Shown piece by piece: positions 40,371 through 49,635 of a DNA stretch of 64,000 nt. The stretch lies in the NCBI GenBank assembly GCA_000092065.1, contig CP000593.1; one strand, given 5' to 3'. Origin of the DNA: Ostreococcus lucimarinus (lineage: Eukaryota). The notes under the pieces are model-generated. The model did no database searches and was not told where the DNA came from. It worked only from the letters and a program-made list of their open reading frames with translations. A program made the position numbers and the translations under genes. Numbering within the stretch: the first letter of the stretch is position 1; each line of letters opens with the position of its first letter.

Positions 40371-40799
40371 AATAAGATGTAAATATAAAAAATGAATCCG
40401 TCACTCTTAGACTGCGATCGCGTTCCGATGCGTGTCGGAAATGGTAGACTGCCAGCGGAGCCATCAAAGGCTTCCTAATCGTCAACCGCACGATCCGCCC
40501 CAAAGTAAACTTTAATAAGATGTAAATATGAAAAATGAATCCGTCACTCTTAGACTGCGATCGCGTTCCGATGCGTGTCGGAAATGGTAGACTGCCAGCG
40601 GAGCCATCAAAGGCTTCCTAATCGTCAACCGCACGATCCGCCCCAAAGTAAACTTTAATAAGATGTAAATATGAAAAATGAATCCGTCACTCTTAGACTG
40701 CGATCGCGTTCCGATGCGTGTCGGAAATGGTAGACTGCCAGCGGAGCCATCAAAGGCTTCCTAATCGTCAACCGCACGATCCGCCCCAAAGTAAACTTT
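40371..40799. repeat. Tandem repeat, 143-bp unit x3, near-identical copies
   Basis: The unit aataagatgtaaatat[a/g]aaaaatgaatccgtcactcttagactgcgatcgcgttccgatgcgtgtcggaaatggtagactgccagcggagccatcaaaggcttcctaatcgtcaaccgcacgatccgccccaaagtaaacttt begins at 40371, 40514 and 40657. It starts 3 bp after the MFS stop and ends 43 bp before the stop of the convergent gene. Each unit has an AT-rich head with TGTAA and an internal hairpin ccga-tgcgtg-tcgg. Confidence 0.9.
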
Positions 40800-40841
40800 G
40801 AAAGTTATGCACTGATGCGTGTGCGATGATTATCTCGCGAA

Positions 40842-42359
40842 TTACACGAGAATCATGGTGGCGATGGCGACGAAGGTCACCGTCACAAGATTCGCGCCGA
40901 TGCGCGCCGCGGGAGACGCGCCGAGAAGCGCGGCGACGGCGACACGTTGCGCGGAAAGCTGCGCGAGGCACAGACCGTTGACTCGGGCGTTGTCCCACAG
41001 CGTACACTCATTCGCCGTCGTTTTCACGACGACGTCGTTGCTGTTGATGTCTCGGAAGAATCGAGGGCATCCTTCTTGAAGAGTCGTGACGCCCGCGACG
41101 CCATTCAGCCACGACAGACGCACGAGATCTTGCACGACCACAGCCGGATGCACGTAAGAGTCCTCGAACCACGTCAACGACTCGGTCGGCCAAAAGGTTG
41201 AGTGTGAGTACAAGGGATCACCATCGCTGACGTGCTTGTCCAATCGCAAGATCATACCAGTCGACGGTGAAAGACTGGGAAGACCCGGCGCTTCGTTGAA
41301 GGCAAGATTCGTGATGACGGCGGTCTTCGTCGCATCCGTGCTCGGCGTAGTGAACCACGATTCATCGATGACGACGGCAACATTTGCCATATCGGTGAGA
41401 AACGCCGCTTTGCTTGGATACTTGTAATAGCCCGCGCTCGACGTCGCCGCGCTCGGAATGTGAATGCTCAAGCCCGCGGCGGTACAAATGTCTCGCTTGT
41501 AGTCGTCCCAAGTGATTTCGTACGCAGCAGTAACCCAGGCGCACTTGTAACCGGTTGGAATGCCACCTCGAGCTTGCGCCGCGGCGACTTGCCCCGCCAT
41601 GTAATTCCAACGTTCGTACTGGTCGGCGTAGTAACCGCTCGCTTGGGTCTCCTTGTTGAAAAACAAAGAGATAAATTTGATGAACGAAAGTCGCTCGAGC
41701 ATGCCGAGATTCGTGTGCGACGGCGTGAACACCACATCCTTGTCCGAGTTCGAATACCCGGTGTCCCACTCATCCGTGATGACCATCTCCACATTATTGG
41801 TCGAAATACTGTTGTGCCACAGCGTGTAATTGTACTTCGACGCACCCAAATAAATCACGTGACTCGCCGCGAGCGTTCCGTCCTCCTCCGCCTTTTGCAC
41901 GCACGGCGCGTGCACGTACGCCGGATCGATCAACTTCAACTTATCTCGCAATCCGAGCTGTTCGAGGTATCCGACCGCGACGCTCATTCCCGTGGCCACG
42001 CGTTTCACCGGCACCGAGAAGAATCGCGCACCCGCGGGGAACGCCGACCCGTCGACGTCCTGCGTCGGCTGCGTCGTCCCGCACTGGTACAGCACGTACG
42101 TCAACGCCTCGACGCCCGGCAGCGCCTTCGTGCGCACCACCTTGAACGTCTCGGCGTAGGTGACATTGAACCCTTCGCCACCGTCCACGAACGCGCTCGC
42201 GCTTCCCGAGGTGAGATTCCCCGGGGACAAGCGCGCGGCGGCGGGAAAGAAATCTGTCCCGCTCGGCGTCGACGACGTCGCGCAGGCTTGGTTATCCACC
42301 GCCGAGGCGCGCGCGGTGCCGACGAGGGCGAGGAGGGTGAGCAGACGTACGCACGACAT
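40842..42359 (-). CDS. Cell-surface periplasmic-binding-protein-like (FhuD/FecB class) protein with signal peptide and C-terminal hydrophobic anchor (tentative)
   Basis: Signal peptide MSCVRLLTLLALVGTARASA. The C-terminal LVTVTFVAIATMILV looks like a GPI or TM anchor. The central region reads like a class III binding-protein fold (KRVATGMSVAVGYLEQLGLRDKLKLID...VEMVITDEWD...ANVAVVIDESW). By-eye resemblance only. Confidence 0.4.
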   Translation of the reverse strand: MSCVRLLTLLALVGTARASAVDNQACATSSTPSGTDFFPAAARLSPGNLTSGSASAFVDGGEGFNVTYAETFKVVRTKALPGVEALTYVLYQCGTTQPTQDVDGSAFPAGARFFSVPVKRVATGMSVAVGYLEQLGLRDKLKLIDPAYVHAPCVQKAEEDGTLAASHVIYLGASKYNYTLWHNSISTNNVEMVITDEWDTGYSNSDKDVVFTPSHTNLGMLERLSFIKFISLFFNKETQASGYYADQYERWNYMAGQVAAAQARGGIPTGYKCAWVTAAYEITWDDYKRDICTAAGLSIHIPSAATSSAGYYKYPSKAAFLTDMANVAVVIDESWFTTPSTDATKTAVITNLAFNEAPGLPSLSPSTGMILRLDKHVSDGDPLYSHSTFWPTESLTWFEDSYVHPAVVVQDLVRLSWLNGVAGVTTLQEGCPRFFRDINSNDVVVKTTANECTLWDNARVNGLCLAQLSAQRVAVAALLGASPAARIGANLVTVTFVAIATMILV

Positions 42360-42600
42360 CGCGCGAGCGGGCGTCGGCGAGCCGTGGTGTGGCGGAACGT
42401 TGCGATGGGCGGCAGACAAGTTGACGTCTCGTTCGCGAAAAAAACCCTAAAGGTTGCTAGAATAAACGTTCACAAAGCGGTAAATCTTGGAGATAACGCG
42501 CGGCGAGCTAGTGAAGTGCCGCGCGAGATGATGCAAGATGGGATAAGATGAGAGAACGTCGCGCGAGGCGACATCGCGAGGGCGAAGAGCTCATCGAAAC

Positions 42601-44049
42601 TCACGCCGACTTTGATTTGACGCGCTGAGATCCGTGCACGTAATAGTGCTTCCCGACGTCGTTCAAGTTGCCGAACGTCGCCTTCCAGGCCCCATAATAC
42701 GTCAAGACCTTGTAGTTTAAGTTCCACTTCTTCGCAAACGGGACGAATCGGCGGGAGACTTCGGGTTGGCGGAACTGAGGCATATCCGGGAACAGGTGAT
42801 GGATGACTTGGCAGTTCAAGTAGCCCATCAACCAGTTGACGACGCTGTTGTTCGGATTGATGTCGATCGTGTGATCGACGGCGTATCGCACCCACGAGAG
42901 GTGTTTATCGCTCGGCACGACATCCAAGTGCGTGTGAGACGTGGAAAAGTGCGCGAACAAGTAACATCCGCTCGCCCACATCGTCGCCGCGAACAAGCCG
43001 TACGAGGCGATCCAGGAGTAGCCGGTGACGGCTTTGATAACCGCCGTGCGAATGACGTGCGCGGAAAACATCCAAGCCGCTTCTTCGAAGCTTTTGCGTC
43101 GCAGCGCGTTACGCGGGTGCAAGACGAACATCCAGAAGAACAAAACCATACCGGACGTCACGGGCACGAAGGTCCACGCTTGAAGGCGCAACCACAACTT
43201 ACTGAATCCCCGCGGGCGATTTTCTTCAACCGCGGAGTTGAAGAACGCCACCGTGGGAGTGGTGTCGAGATCCATATCGTGTCGCACCTTTTGGGGCGTC
43301 GCGTGATGCTTGTTGTGCATGTTGTTCCACATGTCGCCACTCGACGCCAAGCCGAACCCCGCGGCGAAGGCTTGGATTCGCTTGTCCCACCAAATGTTTC
43401 CAGTCAACGAATTGTGCCCACCCTCGTGCTGCACCCAACCGCATCGCGCGCCGAAGAAACACGAGTACACGATCACGGAAGCGACGTGCCAACGCGCGTG
43501 CATCAACGCCGTGCCGAGCGCGAACATCGCCGCGAGCTCGGCGAATCGATACGCCACGTGCGCCGGCGAGGGCTTAAAAAATCCCTCACGCTCCAATTCC
43601 TTGCGCCACTGCGCGAAATCCTTCAGCATCGCCTCATCTTCGATCGGTTCCCGCGTCGCCGCGTCCACTGGCTTATGCGGCAACGCCGCCAACGCCTTGC
43701 GCGCCTTTTTCGACCGATAATGAAACTCTTTAAAAGCCTCCGTCGCGTCCGCTCCCGTGTTCGACAGCATGTAATAAATAACCGATCCTCCGGGATGCTT
43801 AAAATCCGTCACATCGTATTCCACGCCTTCGATCGTCACGTACCGCCGTTCGAACGTCTTCGCGATCGCGTGCGGCTCCAACTCTTTCGTCCACGCCGTG
43901 ACGCTCGCGTTTCGAGTCTTCTTCCCCGCGTCTTCGCTTCCCATCCCGACCGTCACCGTCGGCGTTCCGCCTTCGCTCAGCGACGACGACGAGCTCGTGC
44001 GTTCGTTCGCCATCGTTCGCGATGTGCCTTCGGTCGTTTCGACGCACAT
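42601..44049 (-). CDS. Front-end fatty-acid desaturase with N-terminal cytochrome b5 domain (delta-6/delta-5/delta-4 or sphingolipid delta-8 type)
   Basis: Cytochrome b5 heme motif HPGGSVIYYML...EAFKEFH. Histidine boxes HEGGH, HNKHH, and the third box QVIHHLFP (Q replacing H is diagnostic of front-end desaturases). The start is ATG 44049 or 44013. Confidence 0.85.
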   Translation of the reverse strand: MCVETTEGTSRTMANERTSSSSSLSEGGTPTVTVGMGSEDAGKKTRNASVTAWTKELEPHAIAKTFERRYVTIEGVEYDVTDFKHPGGSVIYYMLSNTGADATEAFKEFHYRSKKARKALAALPHKPVDAATREPIEDEAMLKDFAQWRKELEREGFFKPSPAHVAYRFAELAAMFALGTALMHARWHVASVIVYSCFFGARCGWVQHEGGHNSLTGNIWWDKRIQAFAAGFGLASSGDMWNNMHNKHHATPQKVRHDMDLDTTPTVAFFNSAVEENRPRGFSKLWLRLQAWTFVPVTSGMVLFFWMFVLHPRNALRRKSFEEAAWMFSAHVIRTAVIKAVTGYSWIASYGLFAATMWASGCYLFAHFSTSHTHLDVVPSDKHLSWVRYAVDHTIDINPNNSVVNWLMGYLNCQVIHHLFPDMPQFRQPEVSRRFVPFAKKWNLNYKVLTYYGAWKATFGNLNDVGKHYYVHGSQRVKSKSA

Positions 44050-44436
44050 CTCTCGCGTTTTAATCAGGATTTAAAGCGAACGATCAGTTTTGTGGAATTC
44101 GTCGCTTTGAACGCGTCTGACGTCGTCGCCGCGCGTCTTCGAGGCGTGCGGCGCGCGCGAAACTTTGATCGCGCGTGTTTGTTTCGCGGTGCGCGCGGTC
44201 ACGGACGCCGCCGCGCGCGCGCGACGACGCGATGTGACGATAAAGCGAGCCGCCAGTGTCATCATCTTGTGCTCCCTGCGTCGCGCGCGAGCGCCGAGCG
44301 CGCGCGTTTTAATGTCGCCTCGCGCGACCGCGCGCGCGGTCGACGCGGTGGTCGTCGCGATCGAATCATCGTCTCTCGCGTTATTCGCACATGCTAATTC
44401 GTTTCAATTCGCTACGTTGAACGTCGCCGCGCGGCG

Positions 44437-46035
44437 TCACTGGAAGTACGCGGTGAGGGAGCGGCGCGCGCGCGTCGGCGGCGCCGGGGAATCGATCGAT
44501 GTCATCGGTTTCGCTTTTGCTCGCGGGATCGGCTCGTTCTCGGTATTTTCTGCGTCGGGGCGCTCTTCGTCGATGTCTTCGACGTCGGGGTCGGCGTCGG
44601 CGTCGGCGTCGAGGACGACCGGGGACGGCGGAAGACCCGCGGCGAGGGCGAGGGCGTTCCCGGGGGTGTTGGGACGTCTCGCCGTTTGAGGCGCGAATGC
44701 GCTGAGAGGGGTGAGCACGGCGGATGATGTCGCCGCGATGGCCTCGTAACGCTCTCGCCAGTACCGAGCGTCGCTCTGGAAGAGCGCGCGCGCGCGGCGT
44801 TCGTGCTCGAGCGCCTCGATGACGTCGATGGAGGCGGCGGGTTTCGAGGGCGACGCCGAGACGGCGGCGCTGGGTGAGGACGCCACTACCGGCGATATCG
44901 GTCGCAGCTGATGCTGTTGCTGCTTTTGGGCGTCCAGTTCGCGCTGGAGCTCGTCGCGTTCGGCGGCGATGGCGTCCAAGTTTTCCTCGAGCGTCTTCAC
45001 TCGTTCCTCCGCCACGTTGACCTCTAACTCCGCCGTCGCCGCGCGTGCATCCGCCAAACGGAGCGCGGCGGCGTTTTCCGTGAAAATTTGACTCGCCTTG
45101 TCCGCGCGAGCAACGATGAGGTCGACGTTCTTTCGAGATTCCACGAGCTGGGCCTCGGCGTCGCTCAGCGCGACGCTCAGCGCGTTTTCTTTCTCGCGGC
45201 TTCGTCGCAGCTCATCCGCGCGCTCTTCGAGCGCGGCTTCGGACTCCCGCAACGTCGACGCCGTCGCCCGAATTTCTTCGTCTCGTTCGGAAAGTAAACT
45301 TCGTAACTCCTCAATCTCTCGCGCGAGCTCCGGCGACGCCCTCTCGCCTTCCTCCGCGGCTCTAAGCCGCGATTTCAAAACGTCTCGCTCCGCCGCCGCC
45401 GTCTCCGCCTTTTCGTTCGCCTCGTCCGCTTCCGCGCGCGACCTCTCGCGCGCATCCTCCAGCTCGCGCTTCGCCGCGTCAAACGTCTCTCTCGTCGCCT
45501 TCGTCTTCGCCTCCGTCTCGACCGCGTTCGCCTTCGTCTCCGCCTCGCGCGCCGCCCTCTCCCTCTCGAGCGCGTCCTCTAATTCCTTCGCCCTCTCGTT
45601 CGCCCTCTCCAGCGCCTCCGCGTCCGTCGTCGACGTCGTCGTCCTCTTCGACGCCTCCGCCCGCGCCAGCGTCCTTCGCAGCGTCGCCCGCAGTTCGTCC
45701 CGCAGCGCGTCCCTTTCCGCCCTCGTCTTCGCCTCTCCCGCCGCCGCTCGATCCCTCGCTTCCTCCATCTCCCTCGCCGTCGCTCGCGCCTCCTCCAGCG
45801 CGCGCTCGCGCGCCTCCAGCGCGCTCGTCAGTCGCCGCACGTCCTCGTCCACGCTCGCGTACGCCTTGCTCAGCCGTCCCGCCTGCGCCGCCGCCGCGCG
45901 CGCGCGCTCCAGCCTCGCCTCGCTCGTCTCCAGCGCCGCGCGCATCCCCTCCAGCTCCCCGCGCAGGCCGTCCACCGTGTCGTCGAACGCGCGCGCGTCG
46001 CCGGGCGACGACGCGCCGCTCGCCGGCGCATCCAT
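44437..46035 (-). CDS. Coiled-coil protein (hypothetical)
   Basis: About 330 aa of heptad-like E/R/A/L-rich sequence, then a non-repetitive C-terminal 150 aa. The start is ATG 46033-46035 (MDAPASG). The R-rich extension listed up to 46362 is artefact. The antisense S/A-rich ORF 45098..46636 is rejected. Confidence 0.5.
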   Translation of the reverse strand: MDAPASGASSPGDARAFDDTVDGLRGELEGMRAALETSEARLERARAAAAQAGRLSKAYASVDEDVRRLTSALEARERALEEARATAREMEEARDRAAAGEAKTRAERDALRDELRATLRRTLARAEASKRTTTSTTDAEALERANERAKELEDALERERAAREAETKANAVETEAKTKATRETFDAAKRELEDARERSRAEADEANEKAETAAAERDVLKSRLRAAEEGERASPELAREIEELRSLLSERDEEIRATASTLRESEAALEERADELRRSREKENALSVALSDAEAQLVESRKNVDLIVARADKASQIFTENAAALRLADARAATAELEVNVAEERVKTLEENLDAIAAERDELQRELDAQKQQQHQLRPISPVVASSPSAAVSASPSKPAASIDVIEALEHERRARALFQSDARYWRERYEAIAATSSAVLTPLSAFAPQTARRPNTPGNALALAAGLPPSPVVLDADADADPDVEDIDEERPDAENTENEPIPRAKAKPMTSIDSPAPPTRARRSLTAYFQ

Positions 46036-46039
46036 CGCG

Positions 46040-46330
46040 CCGCGGTGTGCCGTCGATCGATCGCTCGGCGCGCGCGCGCGTCGACCGCGCGAGGTTCGCG
46101 GCGCGCGCGCGATCGACGACGCGAGGGTCGCGCGATCGCGCGTCGATCGATCGCGCGCGCGGCCGCGCGACCGCGTCGATCGATCGCGCGCGCGCCGCGT
46201 CGATCGATGCGTCGTCGATCGACGCGCGCGCGCGATCGACGACGCGGCGGTCGCGCGATGGCGCGCGCGATCGATCGCGCGCGGTGGTGACGTCACCACC
46301 GGGCGCGGCGGCGACGCGCCGGCGCGCGGC
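46040..46330. repeat. CGATCG/GCGCGC-rich palindromic low-complexity tract in a divergent promoter spacer
   Basis: Reiterated cgatcgatcgcgcgcg / gcgcgcgatcgacgacgcg blocks sit between the coiled-coil gene start (46035, minus) and the HCF136 start (46374, plus). Confidence 0.7.
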
Positions 46331-46373
46331 GCGGCGCGGCGCACACCGACGCGCGCGCGCACGACCGCGCGCG

Positions 46374-47657
46374 ATGACGACGAGCGCGACGGCGACGACG
46401 GCGACGACGGCGACGGCGCGACGCGCGACGGCGCGCGCGCGCGACGCGGGGTCGAGACGGGCGCGAGGGGGGGCGCGATCGCGCGCGCGAGCGACGACGC
46501 GGACGACGACGGCGACGCGGGCGACGACGGAGGGCGCGGGGGAGGACGCGAGCGCGGAGGGGAAGATGCCGCGACGCGCGCTGGCGGTGAAGACGGCGAC
46601 GCTCGTCGCGGCGCTGAGCGCGCTGCCGATGGATAAGCGCGCGCTCGCCGAGGGTTCGATCGAGAGCTCGTACTGGGAGCAAGTGGAGCTGCCGCTGGAG
46701 CCGGGAGTGATTCTGCTGGACATCGCGTTCAGTTCGAACGATCCCAAGCACGGGTTCTTGCTCGGGACGAGGCAGACGGTGCTCGAGACGAAGGACGGAG
46801 GGAAGACGTGGGACGTGCGCGACTTGAGCGGATTGTTGGACGACGACGTGAATTATCGCTTTAATAGCGTGTCGTTTTGCGGCGACGAGGGATGGATCAT
46901 CGGTAAGCCGGCGGTGTTGTTGCACACGACCGATGGTGGCGCGAACTGGGAGCGCGTCGGGTTGAGCCCGCGACTTCCGGGGGCGCCGGTGTTGATCACG
47001 GCGGTGCAAGATAACGGCACGGCTGAGATGGTGACGGACGAGGGGGCGATTTACTTCACCAAGGACGCGGCGCGCAACTGGAAGGCTGCGGTCGAGGAGA
47101 CCGTCTCCGCGACGTTGAACCGCACGGTGAGCTCTGGTATCACCGGCGCTTCGTATTACACGGGCACGTTCTCCACGATCTCGCGCAACGACAACGGCGA
47201 GTACCTCGGTTTAAGCTCTCGCGGGAACTTTTACATGTCTTGGGCGCCGGGTCAGGCGTACTGGCAACCGCACAACAGAACGTCCGCGCGTCGGGTGCAA
47301 AGCATGGGCTGGCGCCCGGATGGCGGGATTTGGGAGCTTACCCGCGGCGGTGGCATCTTCTTCTCCGCCGAAACCGGCCTCCCGGAGGAGGATTCTGAAT
47401 TCAACGAAGGTAGAATCGGCTCTCGCGGCTTTGGTCTGCTCGACTTGGGTTACACCCCGAGCGGCAAGACGTTCTGGACCGTGGGTGGCTCTGGAAGCGT
47501 GTTTTACTCTACCGACGCCGGTAAGTCATGGAAGCGCGACCGCGGCACGGACAACGTCGCGGCGAACCTCTACAACGTCAAGTTCCAAAGCGAAGATCAA
47601 GGATTTATTCTCGGCAACGACGGTATTCTCTTGCGTTTCACCGGCGCCAAGTTGTAA
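46374..47657 (+). CDS. HCF136: Photosystem II stability/assembly factor HCF136 (Ycf48 homolog), bipartite transit peptide
   Basis: Seven-bladed beta-propeller region (WEQVELPLEPGVILLDIAFSS...GFLLGTRQTVLETKDGGKTWD...GWIIGKPAVLLHTTDGGANWERV...) is collinear with plant HCF136. It is preceded by a twin-Arg lumenal signal MPRRALAVKTATLVAALSALP. Upstream lies an S/T/A/R-rich stromal-targeting-like stretch from ATG 46374. ATG 46566 is the alternative start. Confidence 0.85.
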   Translation: MTTSATATTATTATARRATARARDAGSRRARGGARSRARATTRTTTATRATTEGAGEDASAEGKMPRRALAVKTATLVAALSALPMDKRALAEGSIESSYWEQVELPLEPGVILLDIAFSSNDPKHGFLLGTRQTVLETKDGGKTWDVRDLSGLLDDDVNYRFNSVSFCGDEGWIIGKPAVLLHTTDGGANWERVGLSPRLPGAPVLITAVQDNGTAEMVTDEGAIYFTKDAARNWKAAVEETVSATLNRTVSSGITGASYYTGTFSTISRNDNGEYLGLSSRGNFYMSWAPGQAYWQPHNRTSARRVQSMGWRPDGGIWELTRGGGIFFSAETGLPEEDSEFNEGRIGSRGFGLLDLGYTPSGKTFWTVGGSGSVFYSTDAGKSWKRDRGTDNVAANLYNVKFQSEDQGFILGNDGILLRFTGAKL

Positions 47658-47838
47658 CGGGCTGCCACAATTGAGCAGCACCCCGCGTCGCGCGTGAAAT
47701 TGCATGTAATAAATCTTCGAATTCGTTCAAATCCTGCGTATGCTTTACACGTCCTACATAAATGCGAGTCGATTCGTCGAGAGAAAGAATGGAGTTGCGC
47801 GCGCGCGTTCGTTTGCGTTCGCGCGATACTGTGTGATA

Positions 47839-49011
47839 CTACTTGAACTGCATGTTTTGCAGTTTTCCTTGCCGAGTCAGGAGATCGCTCAGAAGATCAT
47901 CCGACGACCCCCCGCGATTGAGTCTATGAAACTGTCGACGATGTAACTCGTAAAGCTCTTTCAAAGATTCGGTGTACAGGGCGTGGTACTTGTCGATGAT
48001 TTCGTTTGACGGATCGACGACTTTGGGCACGGCGATGGGATTGCCCACGACGACTTCGATCGGCTCACGCTTCGGAAGCACACCTTTGCGACCAAAGATT
48101 CGACGCCACATGCCTCGACTGAGCGACCGCCCGTAAAAAGCAGGCGGCGTGATGCCAATGAGTTGTTTGATGTACATTTGGAAATTCCTCAATCGTCCGC
48201 CTTCGGGATTTTCCACTTGTTCGAAGATGTCATTCTCGCCGAACGCGAACACGGGCACGAGCGATGCTCCTGTGCGAAGAGCCATCTTTACGAACCCCTT
48301 GCGTCTGGCGAGCGTGAGCGTGGCCCAGCCCGGACGCGCGTCCAACGCTTCGGAGGCGCCGCCGATGACTATGGCGACGGACGCCCCCGGCGCGCGCGTC
48401 AGATTCGTCTCCACGCTCGACTTGGTCACGCTATTGATCCCGAGCCCCATCAACACCTCGCGAGTGAACGGGAACTTGAAGTTCATGGACAGCGTGAGAA
48501 GACGCAAATCGAGTCCCGGAAATGCTTCGTAAAATCCCGTCGCCTCGGTGGCGAACGTCAACAACGCGCCGACGCCGATGACGCCGTGCGGATGATAACC
48601 GAACAAGTAATTACCGCTCGGATCTAACTTCGCGCTCACGTGTAATCGCACCGGAAAATACTCCGCCAAAATCCTCCAAAACGGTAACCGCCGAGACCAT
48701 CGAGCGAAACGCTTCCCCGAGCTCGCCGTCTTCCTGTCGAGCGTCGCGTACCACGCGATGTACCCCAGGAAGAAATTCTTCAACCACATCGACGGCCCGA
48801 ACACGCAATACGCGGGATATACGAATATCGCGCTCAGTATCCACGCGTATATCATCACCACGATCCCCACCTGCTCCGCGTGCGGCCCGTGTTCCGTGCC
48901 GTTCGTCACGAAGACGCTCTTCACCAGCGCCGTAAAGTACAACCCGAGCGGCACGAACGCCGCGCCGATCACCGCGTACCACAGGTAAAAGTTCCCCAGC
49001 CAAAACACCAA
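47839..49011 (-). CDS. Diacylglycerol O-acyltransferase type 2 (DGAT2/MGAT family); 5' end unresolved
   Basis: FGYHPHGVIGVGAL (HPHG), and RKGFVKMALRTGASLVPVFAFGENDIF...PIEVVVGNPIAVPKV, all collinear with DGAT2. The listed start is TTG, with no in-frame ATG before the first TM helix, so an upstream exon or a non-canonical start is implied. Confidence 0.75.
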   Translation of the reverse strand: MVFWLGNFYLWYAVIGAAFVPLGLYFTALVKSVFVTNGTEHGPHAEQVGIVVMIYAWILSAIFVYPAYCVFGPSMWLKNFFLGYIAWYATLDRKTASSGKRFARWSRRLPFWRILAEYFPVRLHVSAKLDPSGNYLFGYHPHGVIGVGALLTFATEATGFYEAFPGLDLRLLTLSMNFKFPFTREVLMGLGINSVTKSSVETNLTRAPGASVAIVIGGASEALDARPGWATLTLARRKGFVKMALRTGASLVPVFAFGENDIFEQVENPEGGRLRNFQMYIKQLIGITPPAFYGRSLSRGMWRRIFGRKGVLPKREPIEVVVGNPIAVPKVVDPSNEIIDKYHALYTESLKELYELHRRQFHRLNRGGSSDDLLSDLLTRQGKLQNMQFK

Positions 49012-49635
49012 GCCTACGTTTTCGCATCCATTCGTCCATCCGTCAGTCGTCGTCCGCGATCCGTGATCCGTTTCGTCGTCGCGCGCTCGTCTAGATTTGG
49101 ATTATCTCTCCACCCGCGCGTCTCCCCATCGCTCGTCCATCGCTCGTCCATCGCGTCGCCCATCGCGCCATCGCGCGCGCGCACCTCCTAATTTATGTCG
49201 CGTCGCCGTCGCCATCGCCGGCGGTTCGACGAACGTCGCGAGCGCCTCGGCGCCGCGCATCCCGCTCGACGCGCGTCGAAGCAGAAATCGTTTCTGCGCG
49301 TCCTCGCGCGCGTCGCTCGACGACGCGCGCGCGAGCGAGATGGCGGCCGCGACGCCGTCTCTTTCGCGCCGTCGCTCGACGGCGTCGCGACGCGCGGGCG
49401 CCATGGCGCGCGCGGCGACGCGCGACGCAGTGCCGTCGGCAGAGCACGACGCGCGCGGACGACGACGACGCGACGACGCGACGGATCCACGACGCGACGA
49501 CGCGACGGATCGACGACGCGCGAGCGACGACGCGGCGCGCGCGAGAGCGAGAGCGCGCGCGCGCGCGACGCGCGACGCGAGCGCGCGACAACCGATTGGT
49601 GTTGAGAAAAGTTTGACGACGAAGACGGCGCGACG

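Noticed and set aside
40371-40799. CRISPR array interpretation of the 143-bp and 92-bp tandem repeats
   Set aside because: The units are directly abutting with no unique spacers. The unit length is far above CRISPR repeat size. The context is a eukaryotic nuclear gene neighbourhood with no cas genes.
47658-47838. TGTAA as a general polyadenylation signal at 3' ends
   Set aside because: It is present after HCF136 and in the 143-bp repeat heads, but absent from several other 3' regions checked (after PGR5, RNase II, AdoMetDC and Sm-G). I cannot assert it as the rule for this genome.
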